Source: an uncultured Actinomycetota bacterium (lineage in GTDB: Bacteria; Actinomycetota; Actinomycetes; Propionibacteriales; Nocardioidaceae). Taken from it: DNA of 64,000 nucleotides. Positions 61,608 to 64,000 of the stretch are shown here, piece after piece. The notes under the pieces are model-generated. The model ran no database searches. It was not told where the DNA came from and worked only from the letters and a program-made list of their open reading frames with translations. The stretch spans positions 230,394 through 294,393 of the forward strand of contig CAVRDV010000001.1 of NCBI GenBank assembly GCA_963719955.1, in the 5' to 3' direction. The first letter of the stretch is position 1. Every line of letters starts with the position of its first letter. The position numbers and the translations under genes are program-made.

Positions 61608-62457
61608 GGCTCTTCCTACTTGAGGTGGGGGTGGGCCAGTCCGCCGCCGATGAGCAGCATGCGTAGCCGGTAGTACTCGCGGTTGCGGAACCCGCGGGCG
61701 ACGCGGCGGTGGAGCTCGATCAGCCCGTTGATGGCCTCGGTGCCGCCGTTGTTCGCGCGGCCGGTGTCGAAAGTAGGCCAGGAACGCCTCGCGCCACTGC
61801 TTCAGTGTCCTTCCGAGTCGCTTGATCTCGGGGATCGGGCAGGTCGGGAACGAGGCGATGACTTTCTCTGCGATCCGCCGGCCCTCGACCGGGTTCTGGC
61901 CTTGTAGGCGGAGCGCAGTCGTTGGGCGCACAGCCATGCGACGAGTACTTCATCGTGGCGTTCGTCGGCGGCGATCGCGCGGTCGAGCCGGGCTCGTTGT
62001 CGGTCGGTGAGCATCTCTCGTCCGCAGCGCAGGATGGTCCGGATGCCGTAGAGCGGGTCGTTCTTGCGGCCGCGGTGGCCGTGGATCTCTTGCTGGACAC
62101 GGCGTCGGACTTCGTCGACGGCTTGGGTGCCGAGCTTGACCACGTGGAAGGCGTCGAGGACCGCGGTGGCGTCCTCGAGCTGGTCGTCGATGGCGTTCTT
62201 GTAGCCGTGGAACGGGTCGAGGGTGGCGACCTCGACACCGTTCTTGAAGTCCTGGCCTCGTTCTTCGAGCCAGTCGCTGTAGGCCCTCCCCGATCGACCG
62301 GGCACCAAGTCGAGAAGCCGCGCACGTGGGTTCTCGTCCTCGCCCGGCGTCAGGTCGACCATTCCGGTCAACTGCTTGGGTCCACGTCCGCCGTCGGCGA
62401 TCGGGAACTCCGACACGTGGTGCCACACGTGCTCGTCCACGCCAAGGCGCTTCACGC
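61608..62457 (-). mobile_element. Partial inverted ISL3 copy, interrupted by IS21
   Basis: Right IR at 61608; homology to the left copy ends at 62457, where an IS21 end begins. Confidence 0.88.
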
Positions 62458-62602
62458 TGTCCGCGTACGCCCTCATATGTCGGTCGGGGTACGACCTGAC
62501 GTGTGGGTCGGTCTCGGCGAGTTGAGTCCCTGCTCGCCCTGAGCTGGGTCACCCTTCGGTTCGTCCACCGCCAAGTAGACGAGCCCGAAGGGTGACCTGT
62601 TC

Positions 62603-63985
62603 ATGATCCTTGATTCGGAGTCCTGGATGAACATCCGTCGTTTCCGCGCCTTGCGGACAGCTGGCGCCACCTATGCCGAGATCGGCCGCGAGTGTGGGGT
62701 CGATTGGCGCACTGTGAGGAAGTACCTGGCCGAGGACGCCCCCTCGGCTCCACCCGCTGCTCCTGCGCGGGCTGGAACCCAGCCAAGGGTGATCACTGCG
62801 TTCGTGGGCGTGATCGAGGCGTGGCTGCACGCTGACATCGCGTTGAAGGGCAGCGTGATCCACGAGCGGCTGGTCGCTCGAGCACGGCTTCACCGGCTCC
62901 TACCAGCGGGTGAAGATGTTCCTGGCCGAGGCTCGGCCACGGATCGCTGCCGAACTCGAGGCCGACCGATGAGAACCCGTTGACCGGGCTGCACCGCCGC
63001 TTCGAGGTCGTCCCGGGTGCTCAGGCCCAGGTCGACTGGGGTGACGAGGGCGACGTGCTCGCCCACGTCGGGATCGCGAGCGTCTACTCGTTCCACATGA
63101 CGCTGTCGAACTCGCGGGATCCGTTCACCTGCTTCACCACGTCAGCATGGACCTGGCCACGTTCTGGGACTGCCACCGCCGGGCGTTCGCCCACTTCGGT
63201 GGGGTGCCCGGGCACGATCGTCTATGACCGCACCAAGACGGTCGTCAGGCGGCACGTCGCTCCCGGGGTCGCGGTCCCGCTGCACCCCGAAGCGGCCGCG
63301 TTCGCCGAGCACTACGGGTTCGTCATCGACGTGCTGGCCGCCTACCGCCCTACCGGGAAGGGCCGTGTCGAGCGGCAGGTGAGCATCGTGCGCGACCACG
63401 TGCTCGCCGGCCGGCCCTTCGACTCGATCGCCGAACTCGACGGCGCGTTCGAGGGCTGGTTGCCGATCCGACGCGCCCAGGTCCACCGCACGCACGGCCA
63501 GGTCATCGCGGTCCGCGCCGAAGCCGACCGGGCCGCGCTGTTGCCTCTGGCCGACCAGCCGTATCTGGTCACCGACAAGCACCTGCGACGAGTCGGCAAG
63601 GACTGCCTGGTCTCCTTCGAGGCCAGCTTCTACTCCGTCCCGGCCCGCCAGGTCCGCGCCGGGCAGCGGGTCCAGCTCCAAGTCGACGGCGAGGTCGTCA
63701 CCATCCGCGCGGTCGGCTCCGACGGGGCCGGCTGGTTGGCCACCCACCCCCGGGCCAGACGAGCGTGGCAGCTGGATGGTCGACCCAGCCCACTGGGACG
63801 GCCTACCCGACGGACACACCCGCGCGGTCGTCGTGGAGTCCACCGCCCGGCCGCTTCACCGGGTGCCAGCCGGTGATGACCTCGAGCCGCTGTCGGTCCT
63901 GCTGGCCCGCCGGCATGCCGACATCGCCGTCGCCGCCCGCCCGCTGACCGACTACGACACCGCAGCCACGGGAGGCACCCGATGA
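62603..63985 (+). CDS. istA: IS21 transposase IstA; frameshifted
   Basis: HTH EIGRECGVDWRTVRKYL, QAQVDWG, VYDRTKT, RPTGKGRVER, SFYSVP. Confidence 0.88.
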
Positions 63986-64000
63986 GCAGCCTGACCACCG
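63982..64000 (+). CDS. istB: Start of IstB (partial)
   Basis: ATGA overlap with the istA stop, RBS ggagg; MSSLTT. Confidence 0.55.

Larger units (their letters stand above)
59282..62457. repeat. Giant inverted repeat (~1.59-kb arms, no spacer, centre 60869/60870)
   Basis: ..gagacctcg|cgaggtctc..; the mirrored ORFs 60134-61132(-) and 60607-61605(+) have identical translations. Confidence 0.95.
62458..64000 (+). mobile_element. IS21-family element; runs off the right edge
   Basis: Starts TGTCCGCGTACG; istA then the start of istB. Confidence 0.85.

Noticed and set aside
58626-62457. Composite transposon formed by two inverted ISL3 copies
   Set aside because: The enclosed DNA is itself a mirror image with the same IS junction on both sides, so this is one duplication rather than two insertions.

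Overview
High-GC actinobacterial chromosome segment spanning the replication origin; the gene order suggests a Nocardioides-like organism (inference). 1-41.5 kb is the conserved core: GT87, ponA, hlyC, padR, ino1, cca, DUF6049, murJ, pseudokinase, sigM/anti-sigma, trxB/A, GNAT, aminotransferase, ddl, plsC, parB/A, rsmG, jag, yidC/D, rnpA, rpmH, dnaA, oriC, dnaN, gnd, recF, DUF721, gyrB/A, DUF3566, tRNA-Ile, DLW-39 and tRNA-Ala. Many essential genes carry single-base frameshifts, most likely consensus errors. A ~13.7 kb integrative mobilizable element sits in tRNA-Ala, bounded by a 50-bp att duplication (41428-41477 / 55080-55129). It encodes a tyrosine integrase, two excisionase-like HTH proteins, a MobF relaxase-helicase, a pRiA4b ORF-3 protein and a Schlafen/AlbA_2-ATPase-HTH protein with a triple palindromic operator. 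It also carries a tightly coupled four-gene cassette (Sec-secreted 4-Cys protein, ABC ATPase, two membrane proteins) that I cannot assign a function to; this is the best candidate for an undescribed system. Beyond attR lie a truncated DUF4420 nuclease, IS21 and ISL3 elements, a WecB/TagA glycosyltransferase and a ~3.2 kb spacer-less palindrome centred at 60869/60870. All family assignments come from motif recognition and synteny by eye; no database searches were run.
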